Source: Podarcis tiliguerta
Taxonomy: Eukaryota
DNA: 64,000 nucleotides
Direction: 5' to 3' (one strand)
Assembly (NCBI GenBank): GCA_965153285.1
Contig: OZ229120.1
Numbering within the stretch: position 1 is the stretch's first letter; every line of letters begins with the position of its first letter. Under the pieces are notes generated by a model. That model was not told the origin of the DNA. It saw only the letters and a list, made by a program, of their open reading frames with translations, and made no database searches. The translations under genes were made by a program, and so were the position numbers. This document shows positions 51,708-62,962 of this stretch, in pieces.

Positions 51708-53252
51708 TAATTCATCCTGTTTGCAACCTAAATTGGGAATAATAGCAGGGTGGAAGCAGGGAGAGGGTTAAGTTGCTCCTGAAAGTGGAAGTACATTAAT
51801 ATGAACTGCCTTTTGCTGTAAAGTTGGGTTTTGACTTCTGCCAAAGTTATATTGATCACAAAGCTAGAGCTAGCTTTATTATAAAAATCATAAATCTGAT
51901 TGGACAGTAGATTCTACTTCTCAAGTGGTTTTCCTGGTCTTGGGTCCTCATCTGTGTGACCTTTTTTAAAAAAAAATACTGCTCTGGCTTTTTGCAGAAA
52001 TATTTCAAGCTGCTGCTCCACAATTCAAAATCATATGCATATGCTCATAGAACAGAATCACTTCCATCACTCTCAAAGTTATATTCACAGACATATCTCA
52101 CCTCCGTTTCAGTTCTAGCCATATCCATGGGGATTCTTAGTGAGTTTAATACCCACTGGTATAATACTGCCGTAAAAATATATAAGAGCTGTCTTACTCA
52201 TGGTGTTTGAATTAATTTACAGATTGCTGCCATCATGTTGAGTCTCTGCACTCCTGACAGGAACCACTGAGTGTTCCAGACATCCATTCAGAGTTTACAT
52301 GTCTGCTCCTTATTCAGCATTTGTTCGAATTTGTTTTCAGGGATGTTATAAGACAATAAGCATTTGTTGTTATTTGCATGCCTATAAATCACTATGAGCT
52401 GAGGCGCGCTTTTGACAATGGGGTGTCCCTCTGCGCACACACCTCTGGCGTGCTATTTCCACTCACAGCCTGGGGCAAAGGTTGCAACCAGGAGCAGCTG
52501 CTTCCAGGTTAACGGAGCTCATGACCCAATGCGAGCGTAACCAGAAGTGTTCATAAATGGAGGTACCACTGTATTCTTATATTTCGCCTGATAATGAGCT
52601 AAACTAATCCAAACTGACCAAAACAGATTATGGTTTCTTCATCTTCCTGTCCTAGAGAGTCCCACCAAAGGTGGATTGCCTTACTGAAATTCCAAGGTAA
52701 AGTGTAGATTACCTAACATATCCAGACAGAAAGTTTCACCGTTTAGGAGTGATCACTATAAAAATCCTGGCTCTCAGCCACAACAATTCCCATCTCAAGC
52801 ATTGTCAGTAGGCCCAGCCTTAACTGGTGTGTGGGCTTATTAGATACATTTTAATTGCTTTTGTAAAGGATTACTGCTAACAGAATGCTATGACTAAATG
52901 CTTATTAACAGGATTACGTAGAAGTTGCTTATTATTATCTCTGATGGCAATGGGTCTCTTGTTTTTAATGCGTCTGTACAAAATATGGATTCTAACATTT
53001 TCAGTTAATTACAGTGGTGTTACTTGGAGGTCAGCAGAGCATGAAGTCAGCCCATCTCTGACCCGGTAGAGATGCAGCTCTCAGAACTAACCTAAACTGG
53101 TAAAAGGTGCTCCATGCCAGAGAATAAACCTGCATTCCTAGTGGCAGAGGTGGTCGAAGCAGCATCCCCAAATGCAACCCGAGAGAATGCAATCCTGTCC
53201 ATAACAGAATGCATCCACTCACCTAGGCAGATGAGACACTCACCAATGACAG

Positions 53253-53397
53253 GAGTGAGAGTAGCTCAGTTGGTAGAGCACGAGACTCTTAATCTCAGGG
53301 TTGTGGGTTTGAGCCCCACGTGGGGCAAAATATACCTGTGTTGCAGAGTTGGACTAGATGACCCTCGTGTCCCTTCCAACTCTACAGTTCTATGATT
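53253..53397 (+). mobile_element. SINE-like element: tRNA-Lys(CTT)-derived head plus CR1 3' tail
   Basis: TAGCTCAGTTGGTAGAGCACGAGACTCTTAATCTCAGGGTTGTGGGTTTGAGCCCCACG followed by TTGGACTAGATGACCCTC...CAACTCTACAGTTCTATGATT. Confidence 0.88.
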
Positions 53398-53928
53398 TCA
53401 GGACTCCTTCGTCAAAAGTTGATTATAAACTCCCAGACAAGAGCCTTGACTTGCCTGTGCTACTGCAGAAGAGCCACTCTTTAATTTATACTTTAGTCAC
53501 ATCAGTGCTGCGGCAGAAAAATCTAGTTGATTAAAATGAAGTTATTCAAATATTTGATTAAAGTAAAATGGCTGGTCAATGTGAAAAGAATATAAATTAG
53601 GAAGTGAAGGGTGTTTATAAGTAAAACATGAAGTTTTCTTCCGAATATTGGCATGTTATACTGCACAAGATTTAAAGTGCATTAGTCATTGTGAGATTTG
53701 ACAGTCCCGTATTGTTGACAATATTCAGTGCATTTTATGAAGTACACAGTTTCTCTGTTGACAGGAGGACTTTGTCAGCCTCGACCTCTTCACTTACCGA
53801 CATAATTTCCCTTGCAAGCTGAGGAACCTGGGTAGGTTACGACAGCATAGGCTGACATGATGAAGAGGTTATCAGTTTATCAAGTACTGCTTGTAGCTTT
53901 TAAAAAACAAGCTGTATTATCATTCTTT

Positions 53929-54032
53929 CGTGGTGCTGATAGCACCACGGTTGCAGGTTCGATCCCTGCAAGGGACAGCTGCAGGGAGATGGATGAGATA
54001 ATTTTCAGGGCCCCTTCTAATTCTATTATTCT
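53929..54032 (+). mobile_element. Degenerate SINE-like element: partial tRNA-Ile-derived head plus CR1-like tail
   Basis: CGTGGTGCTGATAGCACCACGGTTGCAGGTTCGATCCCTGCAAGGGACA resembles the 3' two-thirds of tRNA-Ile; the tail CCCCTTCTAATTCTATTATTCT is a decayed CR1 end. Confidence 0.6.
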
Positions 54033-54632
54033 TATCATGCCATATACAAAATAACAGGCCAGATTAGTTTATTATGTGTATCTTAATTTGTACTATATTT
54101 AGAAAGATAAACAAACTAGGAATGGTTGGGGTACTGTGAAGTGGTTGGGGTACTGTGTCTTATATGTAACTGAACAATTCAGACAAACGGGAGGCTTTAT
54201 TCACAAGAGCTGCTGTGTTTGCAGAGTGTACGTGATTGGGGGGTATTTGGCTAATAAGTAGAATAGAAATTTTAGAGAATTGATTTATGTGCATGTTTAT
54301 TTAAAGCATTTCAGCCAAAAAAGGCTTCCAGAGGAGTTAAAGATAATTAAAAAACAAACAAACCAGGAGGCCAGCTTGCAGGCTTGCAATCTAAAAGACA
54401 TGACATAAAGTGGAAGGCAGGGGGGTGGGAACAAACCCAGACACCAGTTCTTAACATTAGAGAGTTCTTTTAGAAACAGCTGAGATGGAAATACTTCAGG
54501 GAGAAGAGGAAGCAAAAGGAGTGGGCCGTTCAGCAGGCCCAATGAAGTGGCCATGATTCCGATCTCTCCCTCTACTGCAGTCTGGTGGAATGGCTGTTGC
54601 CTGTTGGAAGAATAAATAAATGCATGCATGTA

Positions 54633-54874
54633 CAGTGGTACCTCGGGTTACATACGCTTCAGGTTACATATGCTTCAGGTTACAAACTCCGCTAACCCAG
54701 AAATAGTGCTTCAGGTTAAGAACTTTGCTTCAGGATGAGAACAGAAATCATGCTCCGGTGGCGCGGCAGCAGCAGGAGGCTCCATTAGCTAAAGTGGTGC
54801 TTCGGGTTAAGAACAGTTTCAGGTTAAGTACAGAGCTCTGGAACGAATTAAGTACTTAACCCGAGGTACCACTG
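54633..54874. mobile_element. Tigger/pogo-like MITE, complete
   Basis: TA TSD; perfect TIRs CAGTGGTACCTCGGGTTA / TAACCCGAGGTACCACTG. Confidence 0.92.
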
Positions 54875-57068
54875 TACATAGTTTGCATATATCACCAAAA
54901 ATCATTTGTACAGAATCTCCTCATTAGTTGTTAAGTCATTCATTCATTAAAGATAACAGCTTAGTCTTGGATAGGGTTGCCATATTTCAAAAAGTGAAAA
55001 TCCGGACACAAAAGTTGTTGAGTTTGGTTTTTTTGGAATGTCCTTTGTTGCACCGTAGTATTGGAAATCACTAGTAAATAACTAGTTAGGATTGTGTGGT
55101 AAGTTGCCTTGCTGCACGCTTTTTAGGACTCCTTCTGTAACTTCTAAATTACATTTCCACAGACATCAGTAGCACAGCAGAATATTTCACAACTCTAGTA
55201 ACACATTCCACACTGAGGCTATAGGCAGTACTTTATCACCAGCCATGTGTATCGGTCTAGGGTTGCCTTTTTTCATAATATAGCACAAGAACCTAAACTG
55301 TACTACAAATTGCTTCTGAAAAAAAATACTTTTGACTGATCGCTGTCTTTATTTACTTTAGCATAATATTGATCTTATTAAAGATCTAATATTTTTCACT
55401 CTTTGGGTTGTATCTAACTAAGTTATAGTCAAAGCAGACCCACTGAAATTATTGGACCCAGGTTGCTTCCATCGTTTTGCCCAGCCTGCATGCACATAAA
55501 CAGTAAAGAGCTGCTATCTCTGCCCAGTTGCCTGTGATTATTTGGCTGTGGCTCGGTGGTAGAGCACTTGTGTTGAAACAAAATATTGATATTATGTGGG
55601 TCTATTTACAACCATTCCTTTTATTTGCATACTCCATCTAATGGGGCATATTAAGGATTCCAGTGACAACATACAAGAAGAGTTGAGGCAATAGACAACC
55701 CTGCCTGTTTCCTCAATATTACACATAAGAATTTATCCCTGTTCCATCCTCTTCATTGATATTCAAATATGGTATTCCATTCAAGATGGCGATTGAGATA
55801 GTCTGGTGAGAAGAAAGCTCTTCGTTGTACTTCAGAGAAAATCTTTCTAAGCATTGCTTGATTCTTGGGGGAGATATTTGGCAGAGGTGAGAAATACTGT
55901 GTGACTTCTACAGGGCAACACGTTAAGACTTATAACCTTGAAAATATTTACAACCATGTTATAAAGTGCTTTTAGTTACCGTGTTAAAGCAGTTAGAGGC
56001 CTTAGCATGAGGGTTTCTAATTTGCAGCCAGTATTTTCATCTGTTTAGGTACAGCTAGGGTGAACCAGATAGGTACAGATAGGGTGAACCAGCCCTTTGG
56101 AACTTCTTTATTACAGCCAGTTACTTTTAAGGAAAGGGCTGGTGCTCTATTGTTTTTATTGTAACAATCTGTATGTGAACATTTATATGTATATATTGTA
56201 TATGTATATGCATCTATTTGAAAAATTAAATAATAATGATGATGATGTTCAAATATGGCAACTCTACATAGTCAAAAGCTTTAGAAGCATCTAAACTTTA
56301 ATAGGGCAATCAAATCTGAATCTTCGTGGGCTAGTGCATTACCATCAGCATACACTTTGGGTTATCATACCTGCCTTTTTAGCACCTTATTAGCCAGCTT
56401 TTATTAGCAGTTGAGCTGGTAATAGATACATATTGGAAATTTTTAGAGGGTGCAGTGTTGACCATACAGTACCAAAAAGTCCAGCAACTAGTGCTGATAG
56501 AAAAAATAGCTACTAAACTTAAAATACCAAGCAGAATGAAATGAAAAGACACATATTCTGATGATTGGCATAGTCTTATTATATACAGTGTAAAAGATGA
56601 CCTCCACATTATTTTAAAGAATGGTTGCTGACTGCATGTGGTAACAGGAATTGCCACACAACTGGAATATGACTCGGGATATGTGTAATGTAAGAAAATA
56701 TTTAAAAACTATACAAAAAACAGTAATGAAATATCCAATCCAAAAACATTTTAAAAATCATAAGAACACCCCAAAACTTTATTTTCTGCTATTCAAGGTC
56801 AAGACTAATGTCTGTATACAGATAGATTCATTTGGCTTTAAGCAGTAGATGTTTTAATTGTGTTCAAGGGAAATAAGGTTTAGGCCATAATGTCAGTGAA
56901 AGTGTAACAGCCTGATCCTGGGCTTCATCCCTAGTAAAAAATGTTAAAGATAAAAGTGTCAGCATGGAACGCACTTCCTTTTGGAGGAAAGCCCCAGTGA
57001 AGTCCATAGCTGTTCAGGTTGCGTTCCCCCTTAACTTGTTCAAATAGCCTGGGAGGAAGAGGTTAAGG

Positions 57069-57185
57069 CAGGGGTCAGCAAACTTTTTCAGCAGGGGGCT
57101 GGTCCACTGTCCCTCAGACCTTGTGGGGGGCCAGACTATATTTTCCAAAAAGAGAGAGAAAAAGAACGAATTCCTATGCCCCACA

Positions 57186-57228
<43 letters not shown>

Positions 57229-57401
57229 TCTTTATTGTCATTGCCCCCTTCGGGGACAACGAAATTACAACAAATAACCCAGAGACGAATTTTAAATAAA
57301 AGGACACATTCTACTCATGTAAAAACACGCTGATTCCTGGACTGGATTTAGAAGGCGATTGGGCCGGATCTGGCCCCTGGGCCTTAGTTTGCCTACCCAT
57401 G
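57069..57401. mobile_element. hAT-type MITE (inverted relative to 7450-7699) with a nested short LINE-tail insertion
   Basis: 8-bp TSD GGTTAAGG; the body is the reverse complement of 7450-7699 plus about 80 extra bp. Confidence 0.88.
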
Positions 57402-57495
57402 GGTTAAGGCTTCAATCCTTTAACCCTTTACGAGGGAGTAGTTTAACTGACTTAAATTGGACTTTATTCTGAGTATATAAAATGCGTAGATTGAT

Positions 57496-57893
57496 AGGGT
57501 CTTGAAACCAAGCGTTATGAGGAATGTTTGAGGGAGTTGAGTATGTTTAGCCTGGAGGAGACTGACAGGAGCTATGATAGCCATCTTCAAATATCTGAAG
57601 GGCTGTCACATGGAAGATGGAGCAAACTTGTTTTCTCTTGCTCTGGAGGGTAGGAAATGAACCAATGGCTTCAAGGAAGGAGATTCAGATTAAATTGTTG
57701 AGCTTTTTTTTTTTCCAGTATGGCAAGCCTAAACAATGTGACAGTGGAACAGAGTTGGTGGACTCTCCTTCCTTGGAGGTTTATTAAGCAGAGGTTGGTC
57801 GGCCATCTGTCATAGATGCTTTAGCTGAGATTCCTGCATTGCAAGGGGTTGGACTAGATGACTCTGGGGGTCCCTTCCACCTCTACGATTCTA
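57496..57893 (+). mobile_element. Degraded CR1 3' fragment (older subfamily)
   Basis: Diverged homolog of roughly 18700-19110 with indels; ends with the CR1 3' motif GGGGTTGGACTAGATGA...CTACGATTCT. Confidence 0.85.
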
Positions 57894-58074
57894 AGTGTGC
57901 ACCAAAATTGCTGTTAGGAAAACGGTGCAATGACGTTTTGGTTTTTTTTTTTAGGCCTGTGGGGAGACTCAAGGAGGGAAACTGGTAGGGAATTTCTCAA
58001 ATGTAGGTAACAGGCATTGCTTCCTTTGGGCAGGAGAGGACGTCGCCTGCATCCTGGCCTGCTTAGATAACATG

Positions 58075-58537
58075 TTGTTGTTGTTTAGTCGTTTAGTCAT
58101 GTCCGACTCTTCGTGCCCATGGACCAGAGCACGCCAGGCACTCCTGTCTTCCACTGCCTCCCACAGTCTGGTCAAACTCATGCTGGTAGCTTCGAGAACA
58201 CTGTCCAACCATCTCATCCTCTGTCGTCCCCTTCTCCTTGTGCCCTTCATCTTTCCCAACATCAGGGTCTTTTCCAGGGAGTCTTCTCTTCTCACGAGGT
58301 GGCCAAGGTATTGGAGCCTCTGCTTCAGGATCTGTCCTTCCAATGAGCACTCAGGGCTGATTTCCTGAAGAATGGAGAGGTTTGATCTTCTTGCAGTCCA
58401 TGGGACTCTCAAGAGTCTCCTCCAGCACCATAATTCAAAAGCATCAATTCTTCGGTGATCAGCCTTCTTTATGGTCCAGCTCTAACTTCCATACATCACT
58501 ACGGGGAAAACCAGAGCTTTAACTATACGGATAACTA
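58075..58537 (-). mobile_element. RTE-BovB LINE 3' fragment immediately upstream of the TNPO1 CpG island
   Basis: Reverse-complement BovB C-terminus; 11-bp TSD TAGATAACATG (58064-58074 and 58538-58548). Confidence 0.93.
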
Positions 58538-58849
58538 TAGATAACATGAGACCCTCCCCCCCCCAATGCTCTCTGCCGCCCCCTAGAGCCTGGTCGGAGG
58601 GGGTGAGTCTAGATTAGCAGGCCTCCCAGCGACAAGCGCGGGTTGAAGGGGCGGCCTCTTCTGCCTCCCGCGGCCTCCTCTCCTCTCCCTCAGCGCTCGG
58701 CTGGGCGGTCCGAGGGGAAGCTCTCCTCTCTCTCGGCGAGGGCGGGGGGAAGAAGCCAGCAGCCCGGCGCGGGAGCGGCGGCTCTAGGACCCAGGGGGAT
58801 GCGGCGCGGCCGGGTTCTCCGAGCCAGATTGCCAATTCTCCTCCGTGAC

Positions 58850-58920
58850 TCAGTCGGCTCTGCGCAGCGCACAGTAGGCGGCGGCAGCGGCAGCCGGGGC
58901 TGAGCGCAAGCGAGCAGCAG
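58850..58920 (+). other. TNPO1: Probable non-coding first exon (5' UTR) of TNPO1, start approximate; followed by a 177-nt GC-rich intron at 58921-59097
   Basis: Donor CAG|GTCCGT at 58920/58921, and acceptor CTGTTGTCTTTGCAG| ending at 59097, 9 nt upstream of the ATG. Lies inside the CpG island. Confidence 0.55.
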
Positions 58921-59106
58921 GTCCGTGGGGCTCGGGGGGAGGCGGCCGTGTGGGGAGGGGGGGAGGGGGAGGGAACTAGGCCGGGCCCACCCGCCCGGAG
59001 CGCCGCCGCTTCCTCCGCCGCGCTGCCCTCCCCGCTCGGGCCTAGCGTCGCCTCCGCCGCCGCCGCTAACGGCGGCCGCCGCCTGTTGTCTTTGCAGAGC
59101 GCCAAG

Positions 59107-59211
59107 ATGGAGTACGAGTGGAAACCCGACGAGCAGGGGCTCCAGCAGATCCTGCAGCTGCTCAAGGAGTCGCAGTCCCCGGACACCACCACGCAGAGAG
59201 CCGTGCAACAA
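59107..59211 (+). CDS. TNPO1: Transportin-1 (karyopherin beta-2), first coding exon, residues [35 protein letters not shown]; the exon probably starts at 59098 after the acceptor TGTCTTTGCAG
   Basis: The translation matches the vertebrate TNPO1 N-terminus ([10 protein letters not shown]..., whereas TNPO2 begins MDWQPDEQ...). Strong Kozak context GCCAAGATGG. Phase-0 donor GTATCCTC at 59212. Confidence 0.97.
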
Positions 59212-62200
59212 GTATCCTCCTCCCGAAGGGGTGGCGGCGCCGGGAGGGAAGGAGGGAGCGCCAGGCCGGGCGCCAGCGGCGGGAGCCCGGCCGGGCCCAA
59301 GGTCTGGGCCCCCCGCCGCCGGAAGGGCAGAGGAGCCGCGCAGGAGGGAGAGATTCCGCCGGGCGGAGGAGGAGGAGGCCGCTTCCCTTCGGGGTCGCCG
59401 GCTGGCGGAGGCCGGGGGCGTTGTAGGCCCGGCCTCCGCCCGGCCGTGGCGCGGGCTTTGAACCGCCAGGAACGGAGGCGGCGACCCTGCTCTGGCCCCG
59501 CGAGGCTTCGCGGCCTCGCACCTGTTGCCAGCCTGGCGCCGAGCCCCGTTTGGCTTTTTAAAGGCTTGGCAGCTCCGGTGTCGGGATCTCCCCCCCCCCT
59601 CATCTCCGGGCCTGGGCAGGAGGACCTTTTCGGCCATGAATTCTTCCCCCAGCTCAGCCCTCCGCCGGTGGTTCCTCTGGATAACCTGGTTGGCTTTGGA
59701 CGAGACACGTGTGGAAGCGGTCCTTTGTACCCCCGGGGCACGGAGTCGTGTCGGACCACCCCGGCGCACGTGTGATTTGTTGGCATTTGGCTTTGTTGGC
59801 ATTTCGTTTAACAGGTAGAAAGGACGGCAAGGCGCTATTGCAGACGAAGAGGGTAAGGGTCACCTTCAGAAGTGGGGAAATAGGCTGCAAACCGTTAGTT
59901 CCCCGTTTCCTTTTGTTGCATTGTGAAGACCCATTGTCTGTTGTGGACTCGGTAGAGAGCTGATGGAGGGGCTTGCTTGTTGAATGTCGGTGTATAGGAG
60001 ACACTCATACTTCTGCTAAAGGCTGGATGAAATCAAAGGTTTCTCGGTTGAAACCTCCTAAAGTTCTTACATGTGCATTGGTATGGTTAAGACAAAGCTT
60101 GCGGATGTATGTTTATAGCATTAGGGTCCAAAGTTACAGTGTTTGTTTTCCCTTGGACTAGAGATCTGGGTATGATTCAGAAGGCTGAACCAAAGTAAAA
60201 AGCATGCAGCTAATCAAACATAAAATGTATGACAAGGCACAGTGCTGCTAAAATGAAATGATTGAACAACTGGTGGTTGATAGGTATGGTTTGTTCAGAT
60301 TTTCAGTTTACAAATGTGTGTTTTATCCCCATTAAATTCAGATTTCCAGAGTACTTTACAATGAAATATCACTGAGCATGGTGTAGTAAATGGACGGGAG
60401 AAATGTAAAAAAAAATCTCATTTTTTACAAATAATGGTCATGATGGGTGACTTTTACCCACAACTCTCCAATTTTATGAGTCTATGCTGGGTCACACTAG
60501 ATTGCCTTATTTCGTTTTCCCATCTGCACTCCCTCGGGGTAGGCTATTATCAGGGATAACGAACTATTTTGGAACCTAATTGCAGAAAAGTGTCACAACA
60601 GTCCATGGGCGTAGCTAAGGTGGTAGATTTCCCTATGAGTAGAAAATCATAGAATTGTAGAGTAGGAAGGGACTTGAGGATCATCTAGTCCACCCCTTGC
60701 AATGCAGGAATCCTGCCCATGACCATCCCTGGGTGGGCTCAAACCACCAGCCTTCTGGTTAACTGCCAGATGCACTGACCCATTGTGCCACTAGCCTGCT
60801 TTTTGGCTGACCAAATGGGACGAACTTACTACTTTTTTGACATGAATGTCATGACCTGCATCTTGCAAAAGGATCAGTGAGAAATTTGATCCTTACTTGA
60901 CAACTGTCTAGGCTTCTCTGCTGAAGTTCTTACACTTTGAGAACCATTGACAAAGCAGTGGGAACATAAGGAATTTTCTACTTAACTGGAGTCCTTGTAG
61001 CACCTTAACCATTATTTGTAAGGAACCTTAATTACAAATTCCAAAAATAATATGCTTTTATATAGATAGTAGGAAGATACAAGCAGATATTGTTTTCAAA
61101 GCATTGCTCAATGGCTGGAATATTTGATATGTCCCTCCTACCTCTTTGACAGTTAAGTGGGTGTAGGAAGGGCTTAGCTAACAGCCCATATTCAGAAGTA
61201 ATGTACACTCTTATTATTATTCATTAAATTTGCATACTGCCCTATACCCGCAGGTCTCAGGGCAGTTCACAGTTTCTCCTATTGTTTTGTGCCCAATCTG
61301 ATAATCTGATTGCTGGGTTGGTTCGTTTCTGGTTAGAAGTATGATATCACAGCTGCTGATAGATGGTGAAGCTGCACCTTTTTAAAACATACATTCTTGA
61401 AATAGGTATGTGTTTGACCACTTTCTACCATCTTGAGTTTGATACATCAACATGCAGTATGCTCGGTTGATGTTTTGTAATAGGGAAAAGTAATTGGGTA
61501 CATTGCATTGCCTAGAATGCCAGACTAATTTTGCTAAAATAGATTCATTGGCTTTCTTCAACATCTCTGAAAGTGACAAGAACACTGGAAAATAACTTGG
61601 GAGTAATCAAACTCAATAGAAGAGAACAGAAAATACTCCTGTAGCGACACCACACTGTTTTCTATGGCTTGCACATCTTTCTGACATTGTTAGTAAGATG
61701 AACTATAACAACCATATGTCTACATGTGTACATACGAATATTTATTTAAAATACTTACAATGCTATTGTATACATGCCTTCAAAGGAGTTAAATTTAATT
61801 CAATGGGGTCTGCTCCCATGGATGGGCTTACAAGATTGTATCTTTACTGTCAGCAACAGCATTTTACTAGAATACTTTATCAAGGTTTTATTTATTTCTA
61901 AAATGTCTGAATTCTTCACATTGCTTCAGATTTAGATTGCAATCCTAGACATGGGTACAAATCTTTCAAAGCTGGCGTGACTCTGAGAGTGTGAGTAGCT
62001 TTCATTGCAGCCTAAGGCTGCAATCCTATCACTCTCAAGAAGGTTCCATTGGACCCCGTGGGACTTGTTTTTGAATAGGTGTGCATGGGATTAAACTATA
62101 GGATGTATAAGCATGCATAGTGTAAACAGGTATGCTCACTTAATCTTGAAATGAGTCTCTATGCATTAGTTGATTCTCGCAGTAGTCAGTCTGCGAGTAA

Positions 62201-62886
62201 TTTAACTTTAAATGACAGCAAAAATCTAGGTGAGTTGCAAAAGTTAGCACTGGGTTTCTGCCAATGTGGTACTCACCAGATGTTACAGACTATAATTCAC
62301 ATCACCCCTGACCATTGCCGTGGCTTGGGGCTGATGGCAGTTGTGTTTCATTGCTTGAGTCTCATGGGTTGAGCCCAGCAGAGACACTAATTTGCTGCCA
62401 TTTGCTTTGGATTTGACAAGGCCTAAGGCAAGTGATGGGGAGGAATGGTTTCTGTATATGCTAACCCCTACTAAGCAGGGAGGAGCAATGATCTGCATTG
62501 CATTTGCATCCAACAGAGAGCTAGGAAACTGTGTATGGGAAGCTCTTAACAGCAGAAGGGAGACATAGCTATGCATGCTTCCACATGGTACTGCGTTAAA
62601 TTTCCAGTTTTTTCTATTGTGGTGGTTGGTGGCAAATGTTCCTTGTTATTGACAGCCAGTTAAATGGCAAATAACAAGACCTCCAGATTTGTACTGAAGT
62701 ACCTTGCTGTGTTTGCTGTCCTGATCACACTTTGTCAGTATTGTAGTTAGAAACTTTTTACTTCCAGCTTTGATCTTTTAAAAAACAACCAACCAAACCA
62801 AAACAGTTTCAGCTGCATGTTTAAATGTATTGAGAACTTGCAAACAATGCACAAGAAATGGTCTTTAACAGAATGCTCTACTGTAG
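59212..62886 (+). other. TNPO1: U12-type (minor spliceosome) GT-AG intron of TNPO1, 3675 nt
   Basis: 5' end GTATCCTCC (U12 consensus RTATCCTT). Branch box TCTTTAAC at 62862-62869 (consensus TCCTTAAC), about 18 nt before the AG. No polypyrimidine tract. Confidence 0.85.
60645..60795 (-). mobile_element. SINE-like element: tRNA-Asn(GTT)-derived head plus CR1 3' tail, antisense within the TNPO1 intron
   Basis: Minus strand GTGGCACAATGGGTCAGTGCATCTGGCAGTTAACCAGAAGGCTGGTGGTTTGAGCCCACCCAGGGATG aligns with tRNA-Asn, followed by GATTCCTGCATTGCAAGGGGTGGACTAGATGA...ACAATTCTATGATT. Confidence 0.82.
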
Positions 62887-62962
62887 AAACTGGAACAGCT
62901 CAATCAGTATCCAGACTTCAACAACTACCTGATATTTGTTCTTACGAAGCTAAAATCTGAAG
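62887..62962 (+). CDS. TNPO1: TNPO1 second coding exon (76 nt): [25 protein letters not shown] plus the first base of the next codon
   Basis: In-frame continuation of the TNPO1 protein. Acceptor CTGTAG ends at 62886 and donor GTGAGT starts at 62963. The expected next exon (DEPTRSLSGLILKNN) was not seen in the window. Confidence 0.97.

Larger units (their letters stand above)
58570..59775. promoter_or_regulatory. CpG island and TNPO1 promoter, with a CCAAT motif (58832-58836) and an AP-1-like TGACTCA (58846-58852)
   Basis: Abrupt switch to very GC- and CpG-rich sequence that spans the start codon; the motifs are read directly from the sequence. Confidence 0.9.

Noticed and set aside
53253-53327. 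Functional tRNA-Lys gene (and likewise the Lys, Asn and Ile-like sequences at 43826, 60721 and 53929)
   Set aside because: Acceptor stems are broken, the T-loop GTTCG has decayed to GTTTG in three of the four, and each runs into a CR1 tail instead of a poly-T terminator. They are SINE heads.
54123-56092. Short tandem duplications (TGGTTGGGGTACTGTG x2 at 54123-54157; AGGTACAG.TAGGGTGAACCAG x2 at 56047-56092)
   Set aside because: Ordinary slippage or repair duplications with no further structure.
1-58500. Distal coding first exon equivalent to the human TNPO1 long-isoform MVWDR start
   Set aside because: The acceptor at 59097 would allow an in-frame extension (S-A-K-M), but I found no convincing upstream ATG exon with a donor. 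The ATGGTGT hits near 28538 and 36822 do not fit.
58614-59802. Long minus-strand ORFs (390 aa and 370 aa) and other ORFs across the CpG island
   Set aside because: Low-complexity Pro/Arg/Gly/Ala products expected from stop-poor GC-rich DNA; antisense to TNPO1 with no recognisable domain.
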